The notes below the pieces were generated by a model that was given only the letters and a program-made list of their open reading frames with translations, was not told the DNA's origin and made no database searches. The position numbers were made by a program, and so were the translations under genes. Shown in pieces: positions 1 to 7,644 of a DNA stretch of 64,000 nt (positions are counted from its first letter, which is position 1; the number at the start of each line of letters is the position of its first letter). The stretch comes from Pseudomonadota bacterium (GTDB lineage: Bacteria; Pseudomonadota; Alphaproteobacteria; Caulobacterales; Caulobacteraceae), in the NCBI GenBank assembly GCA_023456105.1, contig JAEYAO010000066.1, forward strand, positions 6,291-70,290, read 5' to 3'.

Positions 1-1277
1 CGCAGGTGCGCGATCCGTTCGGCACGCACGACAGCTTCGCCGCCCACAACAATGCGCGTCTGCGGGCGTTTTTGGACAGCTTCGGCTTCGACTACGAGTT
101 CATGAGCTCAACCGAGACCTATCGGTCCGGTCGGTTCGATGGGGCGTTGCTGACGTTGCTGGAGCGGTTCGATGCGGTGCAGGCCATCATGCTGCCGACG
201 CTGGGCGAGGAGCGGCGGGCGACCTATTCGCCGTTCCTGCCGATCAGCCCGGTGACCGGCCATGTGCTGCAGGTGCCGACGCTGGAACGCAACGTCGAGA
301 AAGGCACCATCGTCTTCGTCGATCCCGCCAAGAGCGAAGATGGCGGACGCACCGAGGTTCCGGTGACCGGCGGTCACGTCAAGCTGCAGTGGAAGCCGGA
401 CTGGGCCATGCGCTGGACCGCGCTGGACGTCGACTACGAGATGTCGGGCAAGGACCTGATCGAGAGCGTGCGCGAAAGCTCCAAGGTCTGCCGCGCCCTG
501 GGGGGCGTGCCGCCGGAGGGGTTCAACTACGAGCTGTTCCTCGACATCGAGGGCAAGAAGATCTCCAAGTCCAAGGGCAATGGCCTGACCATGGACGACT
601 GGCTGCGCTACGGCACGCCGGAGTCGTTGAGCTGGTACATGTTCCAGTCGCCGAAGTCGGCCAAGAGCCTGCACTTCAACGTCATTCCGCGCGCCACCGA
701 CGACTATCTGTCGTTCATCGAAAGCTACAAGACGCAGGAGCCGGCCAAGCGGATCGACAATGCGGTGTGGTCGATCCACGCCGGGTCGCCGCCGGATCAC
801 GCCTCGCCTGTGTCCTTCGCCCTGCTGCTGAACCTGGTGGGGGTGGCGAATGCGACGGACAAGGCGGCGCTGTGGGCCTATTTCGCGCGCTATCTGCCGG
901 ACGCCACGCCCGAGACCGAGCCGCTGCTGGATCGGCTGATGGGCTATGCGCTGAACTACTACGAGGACTTCGTGAAGCCGACGAAGACCTATCGCGCGCC
1001 GGACGAGAAGGAGAAGGCCGCCCTGCTGGACCTGGCCGATCGGCTGGAGGCGCTGCCCGCCGACACGACCGATGGCGAGACGATCCAGAACGAGGTCTAT
1101 GCGGTCGGCAAGGCGCATGGGTTCGAGCCGCTGCGCGCCTGGTTCGGGGCGTTGTACGAAGTGCTGCTGGGCGCGTCGCAGGGGCCGCGCTTCGGCTCGT
1201 TCGCGGCGATCTACGGCCTGGCGCAGACGGTGCGACTGATCCGCGACGGGGCCGAAGGGCGGCTGGCCGACAGCTAA
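1..1277 (+). CDS. lysK: lysine--tRNA ligase, class I (5' partial, continues upstream of window)
   Basis: The ORF in frame 6..1277 is open to the window edge. It has a KMSKS-type motif KISKSKGNG and class I LysRS-like C-terminal sequence. Confidence 0.85.
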   Translation, partial: QVRDPFGTHDSFAAHNNARLRAFLDSFGFDYEFMSSTETYRSGRFDGALLTLLERFDAVQAIMLPTLGEERRATYSPFLPISPVTGHVLQVPTLERNVEKGTIVFVDPAKSEDGGRTEVPVTGGHVKLQWKPDWAMRWTALDVDYEMSGKDLIESVRESSKVCRALGGVPPEGFNYELFLDIEGKKISKSKGNGLTMDDWLRYGTPESLSWYMFQSPKSAKSLHFNVIPRATDDYLSFIESYKTQEPAKRIDNAVWSIHAGSPPDHASPVSFALLLNLVGVANATDKAALWAYFARYLPDATPETEPLLDRLMGYALNYYEDFVKPTKTYRAPDEKEKAALLDLADRLEALPADTTDGETIQNEVYAVGKAHGFEPLRAWFGALYEVLLGASQGPRFGSFAAIYGLAQTVRLIRDGAEGRLADS

Positions 1278-1301
1278 GCAATATGAACAGAAGATAACCG
1301 A

Positions 1302-1318
1302 AAGGCTCCGGGAGCCTT
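1302..1318 (+). terminator. short GC hairpin after lysK (aaggctc-cgg-gagcctt), no T-tract
   Basis: A 7-bp perfect stem sits 25 nt after the lysK stop. It is weak as an intrinsic terminator. Confidence 0.3.
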
Positions 1319-1375
1319 CAGGTTCGATGCGGCATTGTCCGCTCCATCGGCAACACGATGGACAGGAGAAGAGCC

Positions 1376-1846
1376 ATGTCGAAGATCTTCAAGACCGGTT
1401 TGGCCACGGCGGCCGCGATGGCCTCACTGGTGACCCTGGCGCCGATGGCGGCGCAGGCACAGGCGAACGGCGTCACCAACTGCGACGCCCCGGGCGGCCG
1501 CCAGCGCGCGGGCGCCGCGATCGGCGCGGTGCTGGGCGGCGTGCTGGGCAACCAGGTGGCGCGCAACGAGCGCACGCTGGGCACGGTGGCGGGCGCGGGT
1601 CTCGGCGCCGCGGCCGGCTCCTACATCGGCTGCAACCAGCAGCGCACACGGGCGATCGCTCAGGCCAACGCGTCGCAGCTCCGGGCGAATTCGAACCTGC
1701 GCATCCGCTCGGGTCCGGGAACGGGTTACCGTCAGGCGGGCAGCCTGTCGGCCGGCCAGCCCTTCACCGCCGTCGCCTCGCAGGGCGACTGGGTGCAGAT
1801 CGCGGGCGGCGGCTGGGTGAACGCCAACTACGTCTCACGCTACTGA
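1376..1846 (+). CDS. secreted/membrane protein with glycine-zipper region and C-terminal SH3b domain
   Basis: ATG 1376 lies 7 nt after AGGAG. It has an N-terminal signal-like segment and glycine zipper GAAIGAVLGGVLGN...GAGLGAAAGSYIG. The C-terminus LRIRSGPGTGY...GDWVQI...GWVNANYV is SH3_3-like. Confidence 0.75.
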   Translation: MSKIFKTGLATAAAMASLVTLAPMAAQAQANGVTNCDAPGGRQRAGAAIGAVLGGVLGNQVARNERTLGTVAGAGLGAAAGSYIGCNQQRTRAIAQANASQLRANSNLRIRSGPGTGYRQAGSLSAGQPFTAVASQGDWVQIAGGGWVNANYVSRY

Positions 1847-1868
1847 TCGGCGACGAGCGACGGGATTT

Positions 1869-1897
1869 GGGGCCGCCTTCCGAGAGGGGAGCGGCCC
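1869..1897. terminator. bidirectional hairpin between convergent genes
   Basis: Stem ggggccgc ... gcggccc with a 14-nt loop, followed by tttccttt. It lies between the stops at 1846 (+) and 1904 (-). Confidence 0.55.
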
Positions 1898-1903
1898 TTT
1901 CCT

Positions 1904-2539
1904 TTACTGCGAGACCCAGAGGATGCGGCTCATCCACTCGATCTCGCGCCGGGGCACGACGCGGGGCGGATAGGCCGGATTGATGGAGGACAGGACGACC
2001 TGGCGCGCCGTCAGGCTGGTGACTTCCTTGGCCAGCGTCTCGCCGGTGGTCAGGCGAACCACCACCCGGTCGCCGCGCCGCACGTCCGGCCGACCTCGAT
2101 CCACGATGACCTGATCGCCCTCTCGGTAGACGGGCGACATGGAGTCGCCGGTGATGCGGATGCTGAAGGTGGTGTCGGTGGGGCGGGGCAGTTCGGTCTG
2201 CTCCCAGCCTTCTCCGGTCGGCAGGCCCGCGTCGTCGAAGAAGCCGTCCTCGCCGGCCTGGGCCAGGCCCAGCAGCGGCACGGTGTTGGGTGCAGGACGG
2301 ACATCGTCGGCCAGGGCGGCGAAGTCGGACAGCGACACGCCCGTCGCCTCAAGGATGCGGGTGACGCTCTCGGTCGAGGGCCAGCGGGGGCGCGGCGGAT
2401 CGCCAGGGCCGAACCGCTTTGACGGATTGAAGCTGGTGGCGTCCAGACCCGCGCGGCGGGCCAGGCCCGAAGCGGTCATGCCCTGACGCGCGGCGAGCCG
2501 ATCAACGGCCTTCCAGAGTTGGGCATGGGACAGGGGCAT
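1904..2539 (-). CDS. HTH + S24 peptidase (CI/LexA-like self-cleaving) transcriptional repressor
   Basis: N-terminal HTH (GMTASGLARRAGLDATSF). The C-terminus has the S24 Ser motif ITGDSMSP and a downstream Lys (LAKEV). Confidence 0.85.
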   Translation of the reverse strand: MPLSHAQLWKAVDRLAARQGMTASGLARRAGLDATSFNPSKRFGPGDPPRPRWPSTESVTRILEATGVSLSDFAALADDVRPAPNTVPLLGLAQAGEDGFFDDAGLPTGEGWEQTELPRPTDTTFSIRITGDSMSPVYREGDQVIVDRGRPDVRRGDRVVVRLTTGETLAKEVTSLTARQVVLSSINPAYPPRVVPRREIEWMSRILWVSQ

Positions 2540-2587
2540 GGCGCAGCATCCGGCGGTGATTCGTCGAATCTAGCGGTGCGGGATAGG

Positions 2588-2595
2588 AATATCCA
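2588..2595. repeat. left target-site duplication AATATCCA
   Basis: Identical 8-mer at 4670-4677, immediately outside the inverted repeats. Confidence 0.7.
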
Positions 2596-2619
2596 CCTAA
2601 CTATGCACTTTACAAACCG
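2596..2619. repeat. IS left terminal inverted repeat CCTAACTATGCACTTTACAAACCG
   Basis: Exact reverse complement of 4646-4669. Confidence 0.85.
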
Positions 2620-2691
2620 TGCAAGAGGAATATTCCGATGGCTGACAGGCCGGCACTAACTGAGGTTGCAGAAAGCGAACAAGCCAGTGCG

Positions 2692-3501
2692 CTAGGCTTC
2701 GCGAGCGTCGAGAAATTCCTCGAAGCGCGTGACCGTCTGCGCCACGGCCTTGCTCATATTCAGAAGTGTTGGGAAGAGGGGCTGGCCCTCAATAATGCCG
2801 GGCTCATTGAGAAATATCTCAGCGGTCGGTTCGCCATAACGCTCTACTTTGATGCCTCCGGCATCGGAGCGCATGAGGCCCTGAGAGCCGCCTGGGCCGA
2901 TAGAGACTGTCGCGCGCCCAATGCTGTTGTTGTTCTTATCTCGAACGTTGAACAGGGTGATGGTCTGGGGGACGAGGACGGGGATCAGCAGTCTGTGTTT
3001 GTCACGGACGTCGAGCTTGTTGAGGGGCCACAGAAGTCCGTCCGCAGCTTTGTAAGGGCGTATCTCATCGATGATGAAGGCTGCGATGCCGGGAATGGCC
3101 GTCTCTACGGCGGCGTAGCGGCCTTTGCGACTACCTCGTCCACACCCGGCGCAGGGCTCGCCGCGCTCGACACTAAAGGCCGATACAAGTTCCTCCCGCG
3201 TTTCCCCCATAGGGAACGTGAGTCGGGTGTCCTTCCAGTGCAATACCTCGCTGACTACGTAATCGAGAACGGAACGGAGATTGTGCACCGCGTCACCGAG
3301 CGTCAGGACCATCTCCGCTGGCAGAGGATCGACCGAGACAATGCGGATTTCTTGGCCGCCCTCAGGGTGGTCTTGAATGACCACTTTGCAGAAATCCGTT
3401 TTGCAGTAGGCATCCCAGATGGCCTGAAGCTGGCCAATGTGATGGTCGGCCCATACTAGCTTTAGGCGGGCCTGTTGAAATCGAGTAGGCTGTTTGGCCA
3501 T
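2692..3501 (-). CDS. IS passenger protein, uncharacterised (about 269 aa)
   Basis: Same strand as and downstream of the transposase. Protein-like motifs: GDAVHNLRSVLDYVVSEV, TFPMGETREEL, LWPLNKLDVRDKHRLL. GC3 is above GC1 on this strand in a 60-codon sample. An alternative start is at 3528. A fully open codon-aligned antisense ORF (2638-3459) competes with it. Confidence 0.55.
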   Translation of the reverse strand: MAKQPTRFQQARLKLVWADHHIGQLQAIWDAYCKTDFCKVVIQDHPEGGQEIRIVSVDPLPAEMVLTLGDAVHNLRSVLDYVVSEVLHWKDTRLTFPMGETREELVSAFSVERGEPCAGCGRGSRKGRYAAVETAIPGIAAFIIDEIRPYKAADGLLWPLNKLDVRDKHRLLIPVLVPQTITLFNVRDKNNNSIGRATVSIGPGGSQGLMRSDAGGIKVERYGEPTAEIFLNEPGIIEGQPLFPTLLNMSKAVAQTVTRFEEFLDAREA

Positions 3502-3660
3502 GAAATCAGATCCCCGAACCGACCCCATAGCGGAGCGCCGCGACGAAGTGCTCAAGCGGATGCTGAACACGCCGCCGCAGCCTAGGCCGAGTCCGAAGAA
3601 GGGGAAGAAGGCTTCTTCACGCGCTTCCGGCGCAGACGCGCCAAGCGCAAAGCCTGAAAC

Positions 3661-4623
3661 CTAAACGTAGGCTTCGTCAGTCCGCCGATAGGTCAGGCGC
3701 TTCCCGACAGTGCCAAGGATGGCCATGTCGGTGCGCTGAGTGTCGTTGTAGCCGAGGGCGGCGCGGGTGTTGTGGCGGAAGCCAAACTCGGTGACGTAGC
3801 GGTTCAGGTGCTTCTCAGAGCAGTGCTGATAGACGCCCTTCATGCCCTTCTTGAACACACCGAAGAAGCCTTCCGCGCTGTTGGTGTTCACATCGCCACG
3901 GGCATATTCGCCAGCGGAGTGCTTCACGGTCTCATGCGAGGCGAACAGGTCAGCGGCGCCCTTGTAGAGGTTGCTTTCGTCGGTATGCAGACGGCTCGCC
4001 GGATGGACGTTTTCGATCACCAGGCGCTGGACGGTGGCCTTGTCGGCAACGGCGACGTGAAAGACCTTGGCCTTGCCGCCGCGCTCGACCAGAGCGACGA
4101 CCGGGCGGCTGTTGCGGGGCTTCTTGCGCTTGAGGAAGGGCGTTCCGTTCGTGCGGAGCGTCGGGCTGATAGCGGGCTTGCCGTAGTAGGTTTCGTCGGC
4201 CTCAACGACCTTACCCTCGCCGCCTAGCTGGTCGGTGTCCGTGTCGGTCATGGCCTCGCGGATGCGGTGCGCCATGAACCACGCCGTGCGGTAGGAGCCG
4301 AGCGCGAGTTCGCGTTGCAGCTGGAGGGCGCTGATACCCTTCTTGCTGGCGCACATCAGGTGCATGGCCAGCAGCCACTTGTTCAGGGGAACCTTGGAGT
4401 CCTCGTAGACGGTGCCGATGGTGGCCGTGAACTGGGCGCTACAGGCGTTGCACTTGTAGAGGCCAGCGCGGTGCGCCTTGCCCTTGAGCAGGGTCGATTG
4501 ATCATCACCGACCACGCCGCAATGCGGGCAGGTCCGACCCTCCGGCCAGCGCACCTTTTCGAAGTGAGCGCGAGCGGCGTCTTCGTCGTGGAAGATCGGG
4601 TCGGAGAGAGTTGCCTTGGCCAT
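3661..4623 (-). CDS. IS1595-family transposase (ISXO2-like DDE with N-terminal zinc ribbon)
   Basis: CPHCG...CNAC zinc ribbon, KWLLAMHLMCASKKGISALQLQRELALGSYRTAWFMAHRIREAM, DETYYG. The start lies 23 nt inside the right IR. Confidence 0.9.
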   Translation of the reverse strand: MAKATLSDPIFHDEDAARAHFEKVRWPEGRTCPHCGVVGDDQSTLLKGKAHRAGLYKCNACSAQFTATIGTVYEDSKVPLNKWLLAMHLMCASKKGISALQLQRELALGSYRTAWFMAHRIREAMTDTDTDQLGGEGKVVEADETYYGKPAISPTLRTNGTPFLKRKKPRNSRPVVALVERGGKAKVFHVAVADKATVQRLVIENVHPASRLHTDESNLYKGAADLFASHETVKHSAGEYARGDVNTNSAEGFFGVFKKGMKGVYQHCSEKHLNRYVTEFGFRHNTRAALGYNDTQRTDMAILGTVGKRLTYRRTDEAYV

Positions 4624-4645
4624 GCCTCAACCTACCAGAACGGCT

Positions 4646-4669
4646 CGGTTTGTAAAGTGCATAGTTAGG
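4646..4669. repeat. IS right terminal inverted repeat
   Basis: cggtttgtaaagtgcatagttagg is the reverse complement of 2596-2619. Confidence 0.85.
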
Positions 4670-4677
4670 AATATCCA
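4670..4677. repeat. right target-site duplication AATATCCA
   Basis: Identical to 2588-2595. Confidence 0.7.
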
Positions 4678-4678
4678 C

Positions 4679-5107
4679 CTATTCGAAGCCGGCCGCCTTG
4701 CGCTCCTGCCATGCGATCACCGTGCCGACGACGATGCAGGCCAGAACGCCGTAGCCGGCGAGATTGAGCACGGTGTAGAGCGAGGCGATGGGCGTACGGA
4801 GATCGATCATGTTCATGATGTGGCTCATCACGGACAGAAGCTGAAAAGCAGCGGCCCAGACGGGCCACACCGCGCGAGATCGCCACGCCATGCCCGCAAA
4901 GATGATCGCCATGATCGTGTCTAAGACAAAGAGACCAATCTGAGGTTCGTAGAGTTCACCGTCCTGCTGGACGAGGATCGATGCAAACCAACCAAGCAAA
5001 ATCGCTCCTGCTCCAAATCGCTCCAAGTCTTCGCCTTTCAAGAAGGCGAACAGACAGCACAAAACCACGACGACGCCGCCGATCTGCGCGTAAAGGGTGT
5101 CCAACAT
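4679..5107 (-). CDS. small integral membrane protein (about 4 TM), unknown function
   Basis: Start MLDTLYAQIGG at 5107; the upstream part of ORF 4679..5338 is not protein-like. It has four hydrophobic segments and lower GC than the flanks. Confidence 0.65.
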   Translation of the reverse strand: MLDTLYAQIGGVVVVLCCLFAFLKGEDLERFGAGAILLGWFASILVQQDGELYEPQIGLFVLDTIMAIIFAGMAWRSRAVWPVWAAAFQLLSVMSHIMNMIDLRTPIASLYTVLNLAGYGVLACIVVGTVIAWQERKAAGFE

Positions 5108-5110
5108 GAA

Positions 5111-5144
5111 ATCGCCCTCGCGTCTGACAGAACGCGAGGGCGAT
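5111..5144 (-). promoter_or_regulatory. perfect 12-bp stem-loop covering the SD-like GAGGG of the membrane-protein gene
   Basis: atcgccctcgcg (5111-5122) / cgcgagggcgat (5133-5144) with a 10-nt loop. On the coding strand the 3' arm ends 3 nt before ATG 5107. Confidence 0.5.
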
Positions 5145-5198
5145 CTTGAGATGAATCGCAACCGGCGGAAATGGCCGATCGCGATCGTTACGGCGAAT

Positions 5199-5549
5199 TT
5201 AGCCGACGGCGCGCAGGCCGCGCGTTTGGTCGCGGGGCTTGGGGTCGAGCCAGTCGTCGGGCTTGTTGATCGGGCCGACATTGTAGGTTCCCCAGCCGAG
5301 GCGGCGGTGATCCTTTTGCATCTCGGCGTGGCAGGCAATGATGGCTTCGCGCGCGGCGCCGAGTTGGGCGATGGTTTCCATGGCCCGGGCCTGCGCCGCC
5401 GTGGCCGAGACCGGCGACAGCGACAGGGCGGCGCGGGCGCCGATCATCGACTGCACAAGGGCCGTCGCCTGGGTGATGGCCGCATCGACGGCCTGTTCCG
5501 TAGCATGCAGATCGCCGGCGACGCTGGCGACGACTTCAACCCGATCCAT
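5199..5549 (-). CDS. hypothetical protein (116 aa)
   Basis: Start MDRVEVV at 5549 is preceded by GGAGGG. It has a helical N-terminal half and no family that I recognise. Confidence 0.55.
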   Translation of the reverse strand: MDRVEVVASVAGDLHATEQAVDAAITQATALVQSMIGARAALSLSPVSATAAQARAMETIAQLGAAREAIIACHAEMQKDHRRLGWGTYNVGPINKPDDWLDPKPRDQTRGLRAVG

Positions 5550-5689
5550 GTTAGCCCTCCAAGGTGGATATGGTAAACGAAGGGTTAACATAGGTCGTCG
5601 CGTTGCGGTAGAGGTTTGTTCACCTTGTTTGCGCGCGGGGCTTTACTTGGGCGGGGCCGGCGTTCCTGCCAGCGGGGCGCGTGGAGGCC

Positions 5690-6088
5690 CTAGCTGTCTT
5701 CCGCCAGAAGGAAGTGGGCGGTCAGGGAGGCGATCGGCTGGCCGCGCTCCTCCTGCCAGGCTTCGGCCAGCACATGGGCGACGCGGCGGCCGGCGCGGCT
5801 GATCCGGGCGCGCGCAAAGACGTCCTGAGGGCGGCCGGTCCGCAGATAGGCCACGGTGACGTTGATGGGGCGGGGCAGGCGGGCGGCGGGAAACGCCAGG
5901 GCCACCTGGGCGATGGCGGTCATCTCCAGCAAGGCCGCGGTCGAGCCGCCGTGCAGGGCGGGAATCATGGGGTTGCCGATCAGCTGGTCGCGGAACGGCA
6001 TGGTGACCGTGATCTCGTCCCCGCTGACCAGGGTGCGCAGGTCGAGAAAGCGGGCGTAGGGCAGGCGGTCCAGCAGGGGCTCTGTCAC
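5690..6088 (-). CDS. PaaI-family (hotdog) thioesterase
   Basis: GTG start overlaps the upstream stop (GTGA). Motif GNPMIPALHGGSTAALLE is typical of PaaI/YigI-like thioesterases. Confidence 0.75.
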   Translation of the reverse strand: MTEPLLDRLPYARFLDLRTLVSGDEITVTMPFRDQLIGNPMIPALHGGSTAALLEMTAIAQVALAFPAARLPRPINVTVAYLRTGRPQDVFARARISRAGRRVAHVLAEAWQEERGQPIASLTAHFLLAEDS

Positions 6089-6558
6089 TGTTCGGCCTCG
6101 CGCGCGGCGAGGATGGCGGCGCGGCGGGCGGCCCGGTCCTCGTTGACGACATAGGCGGCCTGGGCTGCGGCCACCGGATCGGACGGATCGTCCTCGAACG
6201 CCCAGGCGCGCACAAAGGCGACGGACGGCGTCAGGCGAAAGCAGGAGCCCTTGGCCAGCAGGTCTCGGCCGGGCAAGGCCGCGCGCATGTAGTCGACGCG
6301 GAGGTCCAGGGTGGCGATGGGACGGAAGGCTTCGAGTTTGACCCACACCGACAGGCCGCCGACGTGGTCCAGCATGGTGGTCACCAGCCCGCCCGCGAGG
6401 ACGCCGGTGTCGGGGTCGCCGACCAGATCCGCACGATAGGGCACGCGGATGGACACGCCCTCGTCATCCAGCCCTTCGTAGACGAAGCCCAGGGCATGGG
6501 TGTGCGCCGAACCGGCGGCGAGCTGGGGCAGGATGGTGGAAAGAAAACCGTCGACCAT
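6085..6558 (-). CDS. PaaI-family (hotdog) thioesterase
   Basis: Start MVDGFL at 6558. GVLAGGLVTTMLDHVGG is a hotdog motif. It is in tandem with a paralogous thioesterase. Confidence 0.75.
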   Translation of the reverse strand: MVDGFLSTILPQLAAGSAHTHALGFVYEGLDDEGVSIRVPYRADLVGDPDTGVLAGGLVTTMLDHVGGLSVWVKLEAFRPIATLDLRVDYMRAALPGRDLLAKGSCFRLTPSVAFVRAWAFEDDPSDPVAAAQAAYVVNEDRAARRAAILAAREAEQ

Positions 6559-6609
6559 GCTCCGTCTTATGGCGACGGCGCCGCTTGGCGTCGAGTGCGT
6601 TAGAGGATC

Positions 6610-7641
6610 ATGATCCGTCCCGAAGACCTGCTGCACCCCACGCCGGCCGGCCTTTATTGCCCGCCGGGGGACTTCTATGTCGATCCGGTGCGGCCGGTGG
6701 ATCGGGCGGTGGTGACGCATGGCCATTCAGACCATGCGCGGGCCGGTCACGGCGCGGTGCTGGCGACGCCGCAGACGTTGGCGATCATGGCCGAACGCTA
6801 TGGCGAGGACTTCACCGGCCGGCGCCAGCCTGCGGCCTATGGCGAGGCGACCTCCATCAACGGTGTGGAGGTGCGGTTGCACCCGGCGGGGCACGTGCTG
6901 GGCTCGGCGCAGGCGGAGGTGCGCTGGCGCGGCCTGACCATCGTGGTGTCCGGCGACTACAAGCGCAGGCGCGATCCGACATGCGCGGGGTTCGAGCCCG
7001 TCCCGTGCCATGTCTTCATCTCGGAGGCGACCTTTGGGCTGCCGGTGTTCCGCCATCCGCCGGCGGAGGCGGAGGTGGCGCGGCTGGTGAAGTCGCTGGG
7101 GCAGTTCCCGGAGCGGGCGCATCTGGTCGGGGCCTATGCGCTGGGCAAGGCGCAGCGGATCATCGCCCATCTGCGCGAAGCCGGTTGGGAGCGACCGATC
7201 TATGTGCACGGCGCGCTGGAGAGGCTGAACGCCCTGTATGAGCGCGAGGGCGTGGCCCTGGGGCCGATCCTGCCGACGCGCGATCTGCCGAAAGGCTCGC
7301 TGGGCGGAGAGGTGGCCATTGCGCCGCCGTCGGCGATCCAGGATCGCTGGGCCCGCCGCTTCGCCGAGCCGGTGGCGGCGTTCGCATCGGGCTGGATGGG
7401 GGTGCGGGCCAGGGCGCGGCAGAAGGGCGTCGAGCTGCCGCTGGTGGTGTCGGACCACGCCGACTGGGACGAGCTGACCGCCACCTTCCGCGAGGTGGCG
7501 CCCGAAGAGATCTGGATCACCCACGGCCGCGAGGAAGGGCTGTGCCGCTGGGCCGAGCTCCACGGCATGAAGGCACGGGCGCTGAGGCTGGTCGGCTATG
7601 ACGAGGAGGACGACGAGAGCCTGGAGGTCCGGCCGGACTAG
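6610..7641 (+). CDS. ligase-associated DNA damage response exonuclease-like metallo-beta-lactamase/beta-CASP protein
   Basis: THGHSDHA motif and the overall COG1236-like N-terminus LYCPPGDFYVDP. Confidence 0.7.
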   Translation: MIRPEDLLHPTPAGLYCPPGDFYVDPVRPVDRAVVTHGHSDHARAGHGAVLATPQTLAIMAERYGEDFTGRRQPAAYGEATSINGVEVRLHPAGHVLGSAQAEVRWRGLTIVVSGDYKRRRDPTCAGFEPVPCHVFISEATFGLPVFRHPPAEAEVARLVKSLGQFPERAHLVGAYALGKAQRIIAHLREAGWERPIYVHGALERLNALYEREGVALGPILPTRDLPKGSLGGEVAIAPPSAIQDRWARRFAEPVAAFASGWMGVRARARQKGVELPLVVSDHADWDELTATFREVAPEEIWITHGREEGLCRWAELHGMKARALRLVGYDEEDDESLEVRPD

Positions 7642-7644
7642 CGG

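Larger units (their letters stand above)
2596..4669 (-). mobile_element. IS1595-family insertion sequence with passenger ORF (2,074 bp)
   Basis: Perfect 24-bp terminal inverted repeats, an 8-bp direct repeat, a Zn-ribbon + DDE IS1595-type transposase, and a local GC drop. Confidence 0.85.

Noticed and set aside
2585-2598. 14-bp direct repeat AGGAATATCCACCT read as a 14-bp target-site duplication of the IS.
   Set aside because: The inverted repeats extend 3 bp further (CCT...AGG). This leaves an 8-bp duplication, AATATCCA, which is the size expected for the IS1595 family. The extra identity is explained by the IS termini matching the target flanks. The boundary remains formally ambiguous by 3 bp.
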